Positions 1 through 8,308 of a stretch of 64,000 nt of DNA are shown here, one piece after another. The DNA is taken from assembly GCA_964601625.1 (NCBI GenBank), contig CAZROC010000003.1:31681-95680 (forward strand), in the 5' to 3' direction. The stretch is from an uncultured Thermoplasmata archaeon. Its GTDB lineage: Archaea > Thermoplasmatota > Thermoplasmata > JAGHBH01. The notes beneath the pieces were generated by a model. That model was not told where the DNA came from. It saw only the letters and a program-made list of their open reading frames with translations, and did no database searches. A program made the position numbers and the translations under genes. The first letter of the stretch is position 1; each line of letters begins with the position of its first letter.

Positions 1-60
1 GGAATACGAAGTATTCCTTGAACGGATCCCGGCGGCCGCACTTTTCACGACGGCGAAAAG
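1..60 (+). repeat. Module of hairpin, TTGAAC, tRNA-3'-end-like segment and T4 hairpin (window edge; the cognate tRNA is probably just upstream of the window)
   Basis: Hairpin GGAATAC(1-7)/GTATTCC(11-17), then TTGAAC(18-23). GGATCCCGGCGGCCGCA(24-40) resembles the T-loop/T-stem/acceptor 3' strand of a tRNA. A second hairpin follows, CTTTTC(41-46)/GAAAAG(55-60). The module is collinear with 9507-9566. Confidence 0.4.
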
Positions 61-97
61 ACGAGACAATACCTTTTTCTCCCCTACGTGTTTTGGG

Positions 98-1552
98 ATG
101 CCGATGAACCTGGACAGGGCCATAGCGCTTGTTGAGAAGGAGATGGCACGTGGACGCGGAAAGCGGTGGCTTCTGGAGCGATTTCCGGGCCAGGAGGAGA
201 TCATAGAGGAGGCTGTTGAAATAATCCGCTGTCGCAAAAAGGCCAGGGGCAGGTTTTCAAAGTGGGACAGGATGTTTTTTGACACAGAGGGGGTGAGATA
301 TGCCACTCCGGAGGACGTGGCCAGGTATGTTGCGAGGAGCATACGTGAGCGCATGGAAAAAAAAGACGACGGTGGTCCTTCTGGGCGGCGGAAAAAGCGG
401 GGGTTCCGGGTGGCTGATGTCGCCTGCGGCGTGGGGGGGCAGTTGATAGGCTTCGGCCTTGAAGAGGTCAGCGCTGTGGGTGTTGAGCTGTGTGAAAAGC
501 GGGCTCTGTATGCGAGGAAGAATCTCCGAGTCTATGGATTGAACACCAGGGTGCTGGTGGGTGACTCTCTTTCCCCCAAAACGGTCCTGAAGATTGGAAA
601 GGTGGATGTTGTTTTCTGCGACCCGGCCCGTCCCTCTTCGGAGAAAAAACGCCTGCTGAACCCCATGGCGCCGGACCTGGGCGAGGTCGCTGACAGGTAT
701 TCTCTGACCACAGACAGGTTTGTCTTCCAGATACCCCCGCACACCTCCCACGTGGAGATTACAAGGGCGGGGTTTCCGGGTGGAAAAAATGGGTGGGAGA
801 GGGAGTATGTTGTGAGAAACGGAGAGGTTAGCCGTCTGAATCTCTATTCGCCGCCGCTGAGAGTGGACGAGGCATCTGTTGTTTTCCTTGAGGGAGGCAG
901 AGGGAGGGGTGGCAGGTGGGACGGGCGTCCTCTTGGCCGGTTGTACGGCGATATGGAAGAGGGCTACTCGTACCACGACATCTTTGAGTGGGAGGAAAAA
1001 TCTGGCGGGGAAAGGGCTTTTTCCAGCGGAGCAATGCCTTTTCCAGGAGCAAAAGATGTAGTAGAAGGGGACCTGCTTGTTGAGACAAGCGTGGCCTTTG
1101 TTCTGGCCCGTCTTGTTAACCGGCTGAGAGAACATCTGGAAGATGTTTTCGGGACAGAAGTGCGCCCTGTCGGGTGGACGAAGCGGCGTCTGTTCTTCTC
1201 CGCAGGGGACCTTTTTTCCGGCGTATCGCCCGAAAGTTTTGTACCGGGGGAGGTGCTGTCGCCTTTTATACTAGGGATATACAGGGTTCTCTCTGTCGGC
1301 CCGCCCGTGTTGGACTGGGTTAGGTCAGAGGCGAAAAAGCTGGGCGGGGGGAAGATAACCCCCCGTGTCAGGGTTTCTCCTGGAAAGTACTGGGAGATGC
1401 GAAAAGAGATGGAAGGCGGGCTTGTTGGGGCGAGACACCTCTACCTTTTTTGTTTCGGTAAAAAAAGACAGATAAAAGGAGACGAGGGAGAAAGAGGCGA
1501 GGTGGGCGGGGAGGTGGCTGTTCTGGCCGAGAGGATACAATCAATGCTATAA
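98..1552 (+). CDS. Class I SAM-dependent methyltransferase, TGS1/RNA guanine-N2-methyltransferase-like core, with a C-terminal extension of about 250 aa of unknown function
   Basis: 484-aa ORF. Motifs seen: TPEDVARYVA, SAM motif VADVACGVGGQLIGF, and DVVFCDPARP (motif IV-like). No match recognised for residues about 230-484. Confidence 0.6.
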   Translation: MPMNLDRAIALVEKEMARGRGKRWLLERFPGQEEIIEEAVEIIRCRKKARGRFSKWDRMFFDTEGVRYATPEDVARYVARSIRERMEKKDDGGPSGRRKKRGFRVADVACGVGGQLIGFGLEEVSAVGVELCEKRALYARKNLRVYGLNTRVLVGDSLSPKTVLKIGKVDVVFCDPARPSSEKKRLLNPMAPDLGEVADRYSLTTDRFVFQIPPHTSHVEITRAGFPGGKNGWEREYVVRNGEVSRLNLYSPPLRVDEASVVFLEGGRGRGGRWDGRPLGRLYGDMEEGYSYHDIFEWEEKSGGERAFSSGAMPFPGAKDVVEGDLLVETSVAFVLARLVNRLREHLEDVFGTEVRPVGWTKRRLFFSAGDLFSGVSPESFVPGEVLSPFILGIYRVLSVGPPVLDWVRSEAKKLGGGKITPRVRVSPGKYWEMRKEMEGGLVGARHLYLFCFGKKRQIKGDEGERGEVGGEVAVLAERIQSML

Positions 1553-1672
1553 ATGTTGTAAATGTCGCCTACTGTACAACAGACGACACAACAGTGTTAT
1601 AACAGTGTTTGTAGTATTTTTTGCTACAAAAACTTTAAGGTTTGTTCCGGTTATCGGGTCCCAGGTGGGAAC

Positions 1673-3238
1673 ATGAGAGTTACGAAAAAGAGCGAGCTCA
1701 AAAAGGGTCTGCCAAAGAAAACGGTTTCTCTCTGCCCGGAGTGTCACAGGCTTATAAGTGCGGAAATATATGAAAAAGATGGAAAGGTTATGTACAGAAA
1801 AACATGTCCGGAGCACGGCACGTTTGAGGACATCTATTTTGGAGACGCAAACGCGTATCTGTGGCTTGAGCGGTTTGCCATTGACGGGATAGGGCTGGAA
1901 AACCCCCAGACCGAGGTGAAAAGGGGCTGTCCCTTTGACTGCGGCCTCTGTCCCATTCACACCAGCCACACTTCCATAGCGAACGTTGACCTGACGAACC
2001 GCTGCAACCTCAGATGTCCGATCTGTTTTGCCAACGCCAACGCCGCCGGCTACGTCTACGAGCCATCCTTTGAGGAAGTCGTGAACATGCTCAAACTTCT
2101 CAGAAGCGAAAAACCCGTGCCAACCCCGGCGGTGCAGTTCGCTGGCGGAGAGCCGACGATATACCCAAGGTTTTTTGACGTAATAAGGGCAGCCAGGGAC
2201 CTGGGTTTCCCGCAGATACAGGTCGCCACCAACGGTGTGAAACTCGCCGCTGAGCCCGACTTCTGTCAGAGAATGCTTGACGCAGGCCTCCACACCGTCT
2301 ATCTACAGTTTGATGGTTTCAAAGAGGAGACATATGTCACGGCCCGTGGACGACCCGGTTTTTTGAAAGAAAAAATGCAGGCGATAGAAAACTGTCGTAA
2401 CACGAAGCCCCGACCACTGGCCACGGTACTCGTCCCCACTGTTGTGAGAGGTGTCAACGACGACGAGGTTGGGAAGATAGTTGATTTCGCCCTTGAAAAC
2501 CTTGACGTCATCAGGGGCGTTAACTTCCAGCCAGTATCCTTTACCGGGAGGATAAACCAGGAAGAGCGGTTACAGGGACGCTACACGATAGGAGACCTGA
2601 TAAACGGTCTCATAGAACAGACATCCTATTTTGAGTCATACAAAGACTTCTTCCCCGTGCCCGCCGGGGCCATAATATCGGAGGTGATCTCCCAGGTCAC
2701 AAAGGATCCGAAGGTCGCTTTCACGACCCACCCACACTGCGGCGCCGCCGCCTATCTGTTCAGAGACGAAAAGACGGGGGAGGTGTACTCAATAACCCGT
2801 TTCATAGACGTTGAAGGCCTGTTAGAAGAGATGCTTGAAAAGGCCGAAGAAGGCGCGTTTGAGAAAAAGGGCAAAGCGTTCGCTGGCATAGCTGCATACC
2901 GTCTTTTCAAAAAATACGTTGACGAAAAGAGCAGCCCAGGGGGCCTCAACATTCTAAAGGTGTTCAAGGAGATGGTCACCGACTCGGACAAAAAATCCAT
3001 TGGAAAACTCCACTGGCGGGCCCTCTTCATAGGTACCATGCACTTCCAGGACGACTACAACTACGACGTTGAGAGAGTTAAGAGGTGTGCAGTCCACTAC
3101 GCCACGCCCGATGGCAGAATCATACCATTCTGTGCATATAACACCGGCCCGACATATCGGACTGAGGTGGAGAAAAAGTTTTCCATGTCCATAGAGGAGT
3201 GGCGGGAGAGGAACAAAGGGTTAAAAATAGATGAATGA
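1673..3238 (+). CDS. tes: Radical SAM protein, tetraether lipid synthase (Tes / GDGT-MAS)-like
   Basis: ORF 1562-3238. I moved the start to ATG 1673, which is preceded by AGGTGGGA. The N-terminus has a CPEC..CPEHG zinc ribbon followed by CNLRCPIC (CxxxCxxC). Architecture and neighbours (ferredoxin + GGR) match the Tes family as I recall it (MJ0619, MA_1486). Not searched. Confidence 0.55.
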   Translation: MRVTKKSELKKGLPKKTVSLCPECHRLISAEIYEKDGKVMYRKTCPEHGTFEDIYFGDANAYLWLERFAIDGIGLENPQTEVKRGCPFDCGLCPIHTSHTSIANVDLTNRCNLRCPICFANANAAGYVYEPSFEEVVNMLKLLRSEKPVPTPAVQFAGGEPTIYPRFFDVIRAARDLGFPQIQVATNGVKLAAEPDFCQRMLDAGLHTVYLQFDGFKEETYVTARGRPGFLKEKMQAIENCRNTKPRPLATVLVPTVVRGVNDDEVGKIVDFALENLDVIRGVNFQPVSFTGRINQEERLQGRYTIGDLINGLIEQTSYFESYKDFFPVPAGAIISEVISQVTKDPKVAFTTHPHCGAAAYLFRDEKTGEVYSITRFIDVEGLLEEMLEKAEEGAFEKKGKAFAGIAAYRLFKKYVDEKSSPGGLNILKVFKEMVTDSDKKSIGKLHWRALFIGTMHFQDDYNYDVERVKRCAVHYATPDGRIIPFCAYNTGPTYRTEVEKKFSMSIEEWRERNKGLKIDE

Positions 3239-3504
3239 TCGGTTTGGACGAGCCAGGAGGTGTTGTGATGGAAAAGATACCTGTGTTCAACAGGGACCTG
3301 TGTCTGCACTGCGGCGCCTGTGTTGGCCTGTGCCCCACAAACGCCCTGTATCTGGACGACACGTATGTCACCGTTGACGAAGAAAAGTGCATAGGCTGTG
3401 GGATGTGCCGCCTCGGATGTCCCATGGGCGCCATACGGTGGAAAGGCGAAGAAGACACACAACCCCCATCTCCTTCGTCTCTGCCGGAAAAGGGGGTGGC
3501 ATAG
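3235..3504 (+). CDS. 2x[4Fe-4S] ferredoxin (probable electron donor for GGR)
   Basis: Two CxxCxxCxxxCP motifs (CLHCGACVGLCP, CIGCGMCRLGCP). ATGA overlap with the upstream stop. Alternative start at ATG 3268. Confidence 0.8.
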   Translation: MIGLDEPGGVVMEKIPVFNRDLCLHCGACVGLCPTNALYLDDTYVTVDEEKCIGCGMCRLGCPMGAIRWKGEEDTQPPSPSSLPEKGVA

Positions 3505-4695
3505 ATGAAAACCCTTGAATACGATGTGCTGGTGGTTGGCGCCGGCCCGGCGGGGAGCACAGCGGCCAGATACGCGGCAAAAAACGGTGCCAGCGTTCTC
3601 ATGATAGAAAAACGCCCCGAGATAGGCAGCCCCGTCCGGTGCGGCGAGGGGATATCAAAGGCGTGGCTTGAGAGGGTTGGCATCCGCGTTGACAGGCGGT
3701 GGGTCGCAAACTCGGTTGACGGGGCGGTGATATACTCTCCCAACGAGACCAGTTTCACCCTGGACGAGAAGATGGCCGGCAACGAGGTGGGCATGGTCAT
3801 TGAGAGAGACCAGTTTGACAAGGCACTGGCGGAAGAGGCGGCCAGGGCGGGGGCGGACATAATGCTCCGCACCGCAGCCAGGGACGTCATAAAAGAGAAC
3901 GGCAGGGTGACCGGTGTCATAGCCAGATACATGGGAGAGCCCATAAGGATCAAAGCCAGAATGGTCATAGGCGCAGACGGGTTTGAGAGCCAGATAGGCA
4001 GGTGGGCGGGCCTTGACACAAAGATCGCTCCAAAGGACATAATCACATGTGTCCAGTACAGGATGACCAACCTGGACATAGACCCAAAGTACACCCATTT
4101 CTATCTCGGCTCCGTTGCCCCTGGCGGATATGTCTGGGTTTTTCCCAAAAACGAGGACACGGCCAACGTGGGCATAGGCGTCCAGTACACCAAACTGCGC
4201 AACCCGGGGGACGTGAAACGCTACCTTGACATGTGGATTGAAAAACACCCCGAGATAAGCCGGGGAGAAAAGGTGGACATGGTTGCGGGAGGTGTAAGTG
4301 TCAATGCCCCCCTTGACTCCGTGACCATGGACGGCCTGATGCTCGTGGGAGACGCCGGGCGCATGATAGACCCCATAACCGGTGGAGGGATAGCCAACGG
4401 ATGCATAGCCGGTAAAGAGGCGGGGGAGGTGGCCGCCCTGGCCGTGGAATCGGGTGATGTGAGCAAAGAGTTTCTCCAGGAATACGAAAAGAGGTGGAGG
4501 AGCAAACTTGAGAACACCCTGTATCGCAACTGGATGGCAAAAGAAAAGCTTGTGACACTCTCAGATGACACGCTGAACAAAATAGTTGAGACCCTCGCCG
4601 AGACAGGGGTTGAAAAGATATCGGTAGGAGCCATCCTCAAGGCTCTGGAAACGAAACACCCAGAACTGGTAGCAGAGTTTGCAGACCTGATATGA
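3505..4695 (+). CDS. Digeranylgeranylglycerophospholipid (geranylgeranyl) reductase
   Basis: 396 aa. N-terminal FAD motif YDVLVVGAGPAGSTAA, then RCGEG, and full-length GGR-like sequence. The start abuts the ferredoxin stop. Confidence 0.9.
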   Translation: MKTLEYDVLVVGAGPAGSTAARYAAKNGASVLMIEKRPEIGSPVRCGEGISKAWLERVGIRVDRRWVANSVDGAVIYSPNETSFTLDEKMAGNEVGMVIERDQFDKALAEEAARAGADIMLRTAARDVIKENGRVTGVIARYMGEPIRIKARMVIGADGFESQIGRWAGLDTKIAPKDIITCVQYRMTNLDIDPKYTHFYLGSVAPGGYVWVFPKNEDTANVGIGVQYTKLRNPGDVKRYLDMWIEKHPEISRGEKVDMVAGGVSVNAPLDSVTMDGLMLVGDAGRMIDPITGGGIANGCIAGKEAGEVAALAVESGDVSKEFLQEYEKRWRSKLENTLYRNWMAKEKLVTLSDDTLNKIVETLAETGVEKISVGAILKALETKHPELVAEFADLI

Positions 4696-4762
4696 CCCGA
4701 TGAAAGATGGCGGTAGCCGTCGGGTCTCCGGGTTCAATCGGTTGTCGCAGGCGGTGTCTGAA

Positions 4763-6235
4763 ATGGCTAGAATTGAAGAGCACCCAATACTCAGATTTGA
4801 GAGGCGAAGAAAGGTCAAATTCTATTTCAACGGAGAAGAGCTGTACGGGTTTGAGGGGGAGCCCATAGCCTCCGCCCTCTACGACAACGGAAAGGTGGTT
4901 TTTTCCCACAGCCCCCGCCTCGGCAGGCCACGGGGTTTTTTCTGTGCCATAGGCAAATGCGCCAGCTGCATGATGACCGTTGACGGGGTCCCAAACGTGA
5001 GGACGTGCATAACGCCTCTCCGTGAGGGAATGGTCGTTGAGAGCCAGCAAGGTTATGCTGAGATACCACGGGTAGACTACACCTCTGGTCCGCGGACCAT
5101 GCCCTATGAGATGGAAGTGGACGTGGCTGTCGTTGGAGCCGGCCCGGCGGGGCTTGCGGCGGGAGCGGAGGCGGCCAGACTGGGCGTGAGAACTGTGATT
5201 TTTGACGAAAACTATTTCCCGGGAGGACAGCTTGTTAAACAGACCCACAGGTTTTTTGGCTCCTGGGAAGAAGAAGCGGGCGTGAGGGGGATAAACATAG
5301 CGAAACAGCTGGTTGAAGAGGTAAGAGAGGCGGGCGCGGAGATGTACCTCCGGGCCACGGTCTTTGGTTTCTACGAGCCAGACATCCTGGGCGTGATGGT
5401 TGACAACCAAATAGTCCGTGTCCGGGCCAGAAAAGTGGTTGTGGCCACCGGTGCCTCTGAGAGGATGCTGTCTTTTGAAAACAACGACCTCCCGGGCGTC
5501 TATGGGGCGGGTGCGATCCAGACCCTGGTGAACGTCCACGGCGTGTCGCCTGGAAAACGGGTTTTGATGGTGGGCAGCGGAAACGTGGGTCTCATAGTCA
5601 CCTACCAGCTATTGCAGGCGGGAGTGGATGTTGTGGCAATAGTTGAGGCCATGCCCCGCATCGGTGGATATCTGGTCCACGCATCAAAGGTACGGAGGGC
5701 GGGCGTTCCGATCTATACACGTCAAACAGTAATAAAAGCTATAGGAAAAGACAGGGTGGAGGGGGCGGTCATAGCGAAACTTGACGACAGGTGGAAGCCC
5801 ATACCGGGCACGGAAAGGGATGTGGAGTGCGACGTCATCTGTCTGGCCGTGGGGCTCAGGCCCACTGTTGAACTCCTCTACCAGGCGGGGTGTGAGATGA
5901 AATTCGTCGGACCTCTCGGTGGCCACGTGGCATTTCATGACGAAAACATGATGACATCCCGGGAGGGGTGGTATGTTGCCGGTGACTGCGCCGGTGTGGA
6001 AGAGGCAACAGCGGCCATACTTGAGGGCAGAATAGCGGGGTTCAGCGCCGCCTCGTCTCTCAGAGAGGAAAAGGGCGAAAGGGTTGAGGGGGGCGAAGAA
6101 AAACTGGCGCTGTGGAAAAAGAAACTCGCTGACCTCAGGGCCGGTCCGACGGGCGAAAAGATTCGCCTGGGGCTGAGCATGTTGATGGAAAAAACCCCGG
6201 ACGGGCGTGGAGGAGGTGGTGGCGGTGGTCAGTGA
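4763..6235 (+). CDS. FAD/NAD(P)-binding oxidoreductase, alpha-like subunit of a PDH1/sarcosine-oxidase-type complex
   Basis: ORF 4700-6235; probable start at ATG 4763 (MARIEEHPIL). N-terminal SoxA-like 2Fe-2S region (CAIGKCASCMMTVDG), then VAVVGAGPAGLAAG and VGSGNVGL dinucleotide folds. About 54 kDa. Confidence 0.65.
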   Translation: MARIEEHPILRFERRRKVKFYFNGEELYGFEGEPIASALYDNGKVVFSHSPRLGRPRGFFCAIGKCASCMMTVDGVPNVRTCITPLREGMVVESQQGYAEIPRVDYTSGPRTMPYEMEVDVAVVGAGPAGLAAGAEAARLGVRTVIFDENYFPGGQLVKQTHRFFGSWEEEAGVRGINIAKQLVEEVREAGAEMYLRATVFGFYEPDILGVMVDNQIVRVRARKVVVATGASERMLSFENNDLPGVYGAGAIQTLVNVHGVSPGKRVLMVGSGNVGLIVTYQLLQAGVDVVAIVEAMPRIGGYLVHASKVRRAGVPIYTRQTVIKAIGKDRVEGAVIAKLDDRWKPIPGTERDVECDVICLAVGLRPTVELLYQAGCEMKFVGPLGGHVAFHDENMMTSREGWYVAGDCAGVEEATAAILEGRIAGFSAASSLREEKGERVEGGEEKLALWKKKLADLRAGPTGEKIRLGLSMLMEKTPDGRGGGGGGGQ

Positions 6236-6242
6236 AAAGCTC

Positions 6243-6758
6243 ATGACAGAGGGAGTCGTAACAGAAGAAGACCTCGCTGGCAGGTTGCCCAATGAGGAGA
6301 GGATGCGGCTCAGGGGTTTTGCGGTCACCGAGTGCATACAGGAGATACCCTGCAACCCCTGTGTCCACGCCTGTCCCTTCAACGCCATATCCATGGAGAA
6401 CATAAACGCTCCGCCTGTGGTGGACTTTGAAAAATGCACAGGGTGTGCCGTCTGTGTCCGCAGCTGCCCCGGCCTGGCCATATTCGTAATAGACGTTTCA
6501 AAAGAGGAGACCACGGTCACCATGCCCTACGAGTTCATACCCCTCCCCCGGGTGGGAGAAGTGGTTGATGGGCTGGACCGGGAGGGAAACGTGGTCTGTG
6601 AGGCAAAGGTGGTCCGGGTGCTTCCCGGGGAAAAATACGACCACACCAGCACAATAACCGTGGCAGTACCACGCGACCTCGTAATGGCCGTCCGCCACAT
6701 ACGTCTGAGGCGCTCAAACAGAGACGACGAAGGCGCTGAAGAGAGGGTGGGAACATGA
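6243..6758 (+). CDS. 4Fe-4S dicluster-domain subunit (gamma-like, about 19 kDa)
   Basis: Motifs CNPCVHACP and CTGCAVCVRSCP. The ORF begins at GTG 6207, which overlaps the upstream gene. ATG 6243 lies just after the upstream stop (6233-6235). Confidence 0.55.
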   Translation: MTEGVVTEEDLAGRLPNEERMRLRGFAVTECIQEIPCNPCVHACPFNAISMENINAPPVVDFEKCTGCAVCVRSCPGLAIFVIDVSKEETTVTMPYEFIPLPRVGEVVDGLDREGNVVCEAKVVRVLPGEKYDHTSTITVAVPRDLVMAVRHIRLRRSNRDDEGAEERVGT

Positions 6759-7045
6759 GCAGGATAATCTGCAGATGTGAGGACGTCACCGAAGAAGAAA
6801 TCGTTGAGGCAATCCACATGGGCTTTGACACCCTGGAAGCACTGAAAAGACATCTTCGTGTCGGGACGGGGCCCTGTCAGGGGCGCACATGCACCCCTCT
6901 GATCATGGGGATTCTGGCAAGGGAGACGGGAAAAAAACCAGAGGAACTCTCTCTACCAACACATCGCCCGCCAACACGCCCCCTGCCCATCGGAGCTTTC
7001 GCCGAGTTCGCAGAGGGAGACCCGGCGCTTGAGGAGGAGCCGTGA
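6755..7045 (+). CDS. BFD-like [2Fe-2S]-binding small subunit (delta-like)
   Basis: 96 aa with CRCE...GPCQGRTC cysteine pattern. ATGA overlap with the upstream gene. Confidence 0.55.
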   Translation: MSRIICRCEDVTEEEIVEAIHMGFDTLEALKRHLRVGTGPCQGRTCTPLIMGILARETGKKPEELSLPTHRPPTRPLPIGAFAEFAEGDPALEEEP

Positions 7046-7071
7046 TAAGATACCAGAGGAGGCAATCTGAG

Positions 7072-8298
7072 ATGTCATCAGACAAAGCGAACAAAATGGA
7101 CGAGCCCACACACAAGACCGCGCGTCTCACTATCAGAAAAGAGGAGTTGAGAGACAGGTACAGGGTTGTCATAATAGGCGGCGGGGTCAGCGGCTGTGGG
7201 CTGGCCTACGCACTGGCAAAGATGGGTGTGACAGATGTCCTGGTGCTGGAGCGGAAATATCTCACGGCTGGAGCGACCGGCAGATGCGGAGGCGGGATAA
7301 GACAGCAGTGGGCCACAGAGGAAAACATACGTCTGGCCATGGGGAGCGTTAAGAGGTTTGAAGTGCTGGCAGACGAGCTGGGCTATGACATTGAATACGT
7401 CCAGGGGGGCTATCTCATACTCAACTATGACGAAAAAGAGGACAAGGAGTCAAAGAAAAAGGTCGCCCTGCAGAACAGGTTGGGCCTGGACAGCAGGTAC
7501 ATCTCGCCGGAAGAGGCGAAAGAGATCGTCCCCGAACTGAACACGGAGGGGGTCATAAGTGCCACTTTCTGTCAGACAGACGGCCACGCCAACCCTTTCT
7601 GGGTGACAGAGGGATACGCTCTGGCAGCACGACGCATGGGAACTCACATAATAACCGGTGTTGAGGCGCTGGGTTTCAAAATAGACGGGAGGCGAATAGC
7701 ATCCGTCAAAACTTCTGCCGGGGAGATAGGGGCTGAGGTCGTTGTGAACGCAGCCGGTGCCTGGAGCGCTGAACTGGCCAGAAAGGCGGGGGTGTGGCTG
7801 CCCAACAAGCCATACCGCCACGAGATACTCGCCACAGAGCCCTACAAACATTTCCTTGATCCCATGATAATCTCTTTCAGCAAGGGCATATATTTCAGCC
7901 AGACGAAAAGGGGAGAAATAGTGGGCGGAATAGGAGACCCACACGAGCCCTCCAGCTACAACATGAAGAGCAGTTTCAGGTTCGTTGAGCGCATGGCCCG
8001 GGAGATGACAAAAATAGTACCCCTGTTGAAGAACGTGAACATCGTCCGCCAGTGGGCCGGTCTGTACGATGTCACACCCGACGCCCGCCCCATACTGGGC
8101 CACGTCCCGGAACTGGACAACTTCATCCAGATGAACGGATACAGCGGCCACGGGTTCATGATCGGCCCCATGGTCTCCCGGCTAATAGCAGAACTGATCG
8201 TGTACGGAGAGACGAAGACCATGCCAATAGACACGCTTAGCGTGACCCGGTTCAAGGACATGGACCTCTCAGAGGTTGAGTCCTCTGTCGTAGGTTGA
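7072..8298 (+). CDS. FAD-dependent oxidoreductase (DAO family), beta-like subunit (L-proline dehydrogenase / sarcosine oxidase beta type)
   Basis: VVIIGGGVSGCGLAYALA dinucleotide fold and DAO-like sequence throughout. The ORF opens at GTG 7042, overlapping the upstream stop. ATG 7072 and ATG 7096 are alternative starts. Confidence 0.7.
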   Translation: MSSDKANKMDEPTHKTARLTIRKEELRDRYRVVIIGGGVSGCGLAYALAKMGVTDVLVLERKYLTAGATGRCGGGIRQQWATEENIRLAMGSVKRFEVLADELGYDIEYVQGGYLILNYDEKEDKESKKKVALQNRLGLDSRYISPEEAKEIVPELNTEGVISATFCQTDGHANPFWVTEGYALAARRMGTHIITGVEALGFKIDGRRIASVKTSAGEIGAEVVVNAAGAWSAELARKAGVWLPNKPYRHEILATEPYKHFLDPMIISFSKGIYFSQTKRGEIVGGIGDPHEPSSYNMKSSFRFVERMAREMTKIVPLLKNVNIVRQWAGLYDVTPDARPILGHVPELDNFIQMNGYSGHGFMIGPMVSRLIAELIVYGETKTMPIDTLSVTRFKDMDLSEVESSVVG

Positions 8299-8308
8299 TG
8301 ATTGCTTT

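Noticed and set aside
3120-4094. 324-aa minus-strand ORF and neighbouring antisense ORFs (3655-4248, 4221-4640, 4637-5539, 5684-6523)
   Set aside because: They overlap the ferredoxin, GGR and PDH-alpha genes, which have strong signatures. No motifs were seen on the antisense frames.
4700-4762. N-terminal extensions given by the ORF track (also at 1562, 9310, 10794, 15682, 23270, 28665, 37060, 39644 and 39731)
   Set aside because: In each case an internal ATG has a better TATA or SD context. The extension also lacks homology to the family N-terminus or overlaps a promoter or neighbouring gene. I adjusted the starts accordingly, but they remain predictions.
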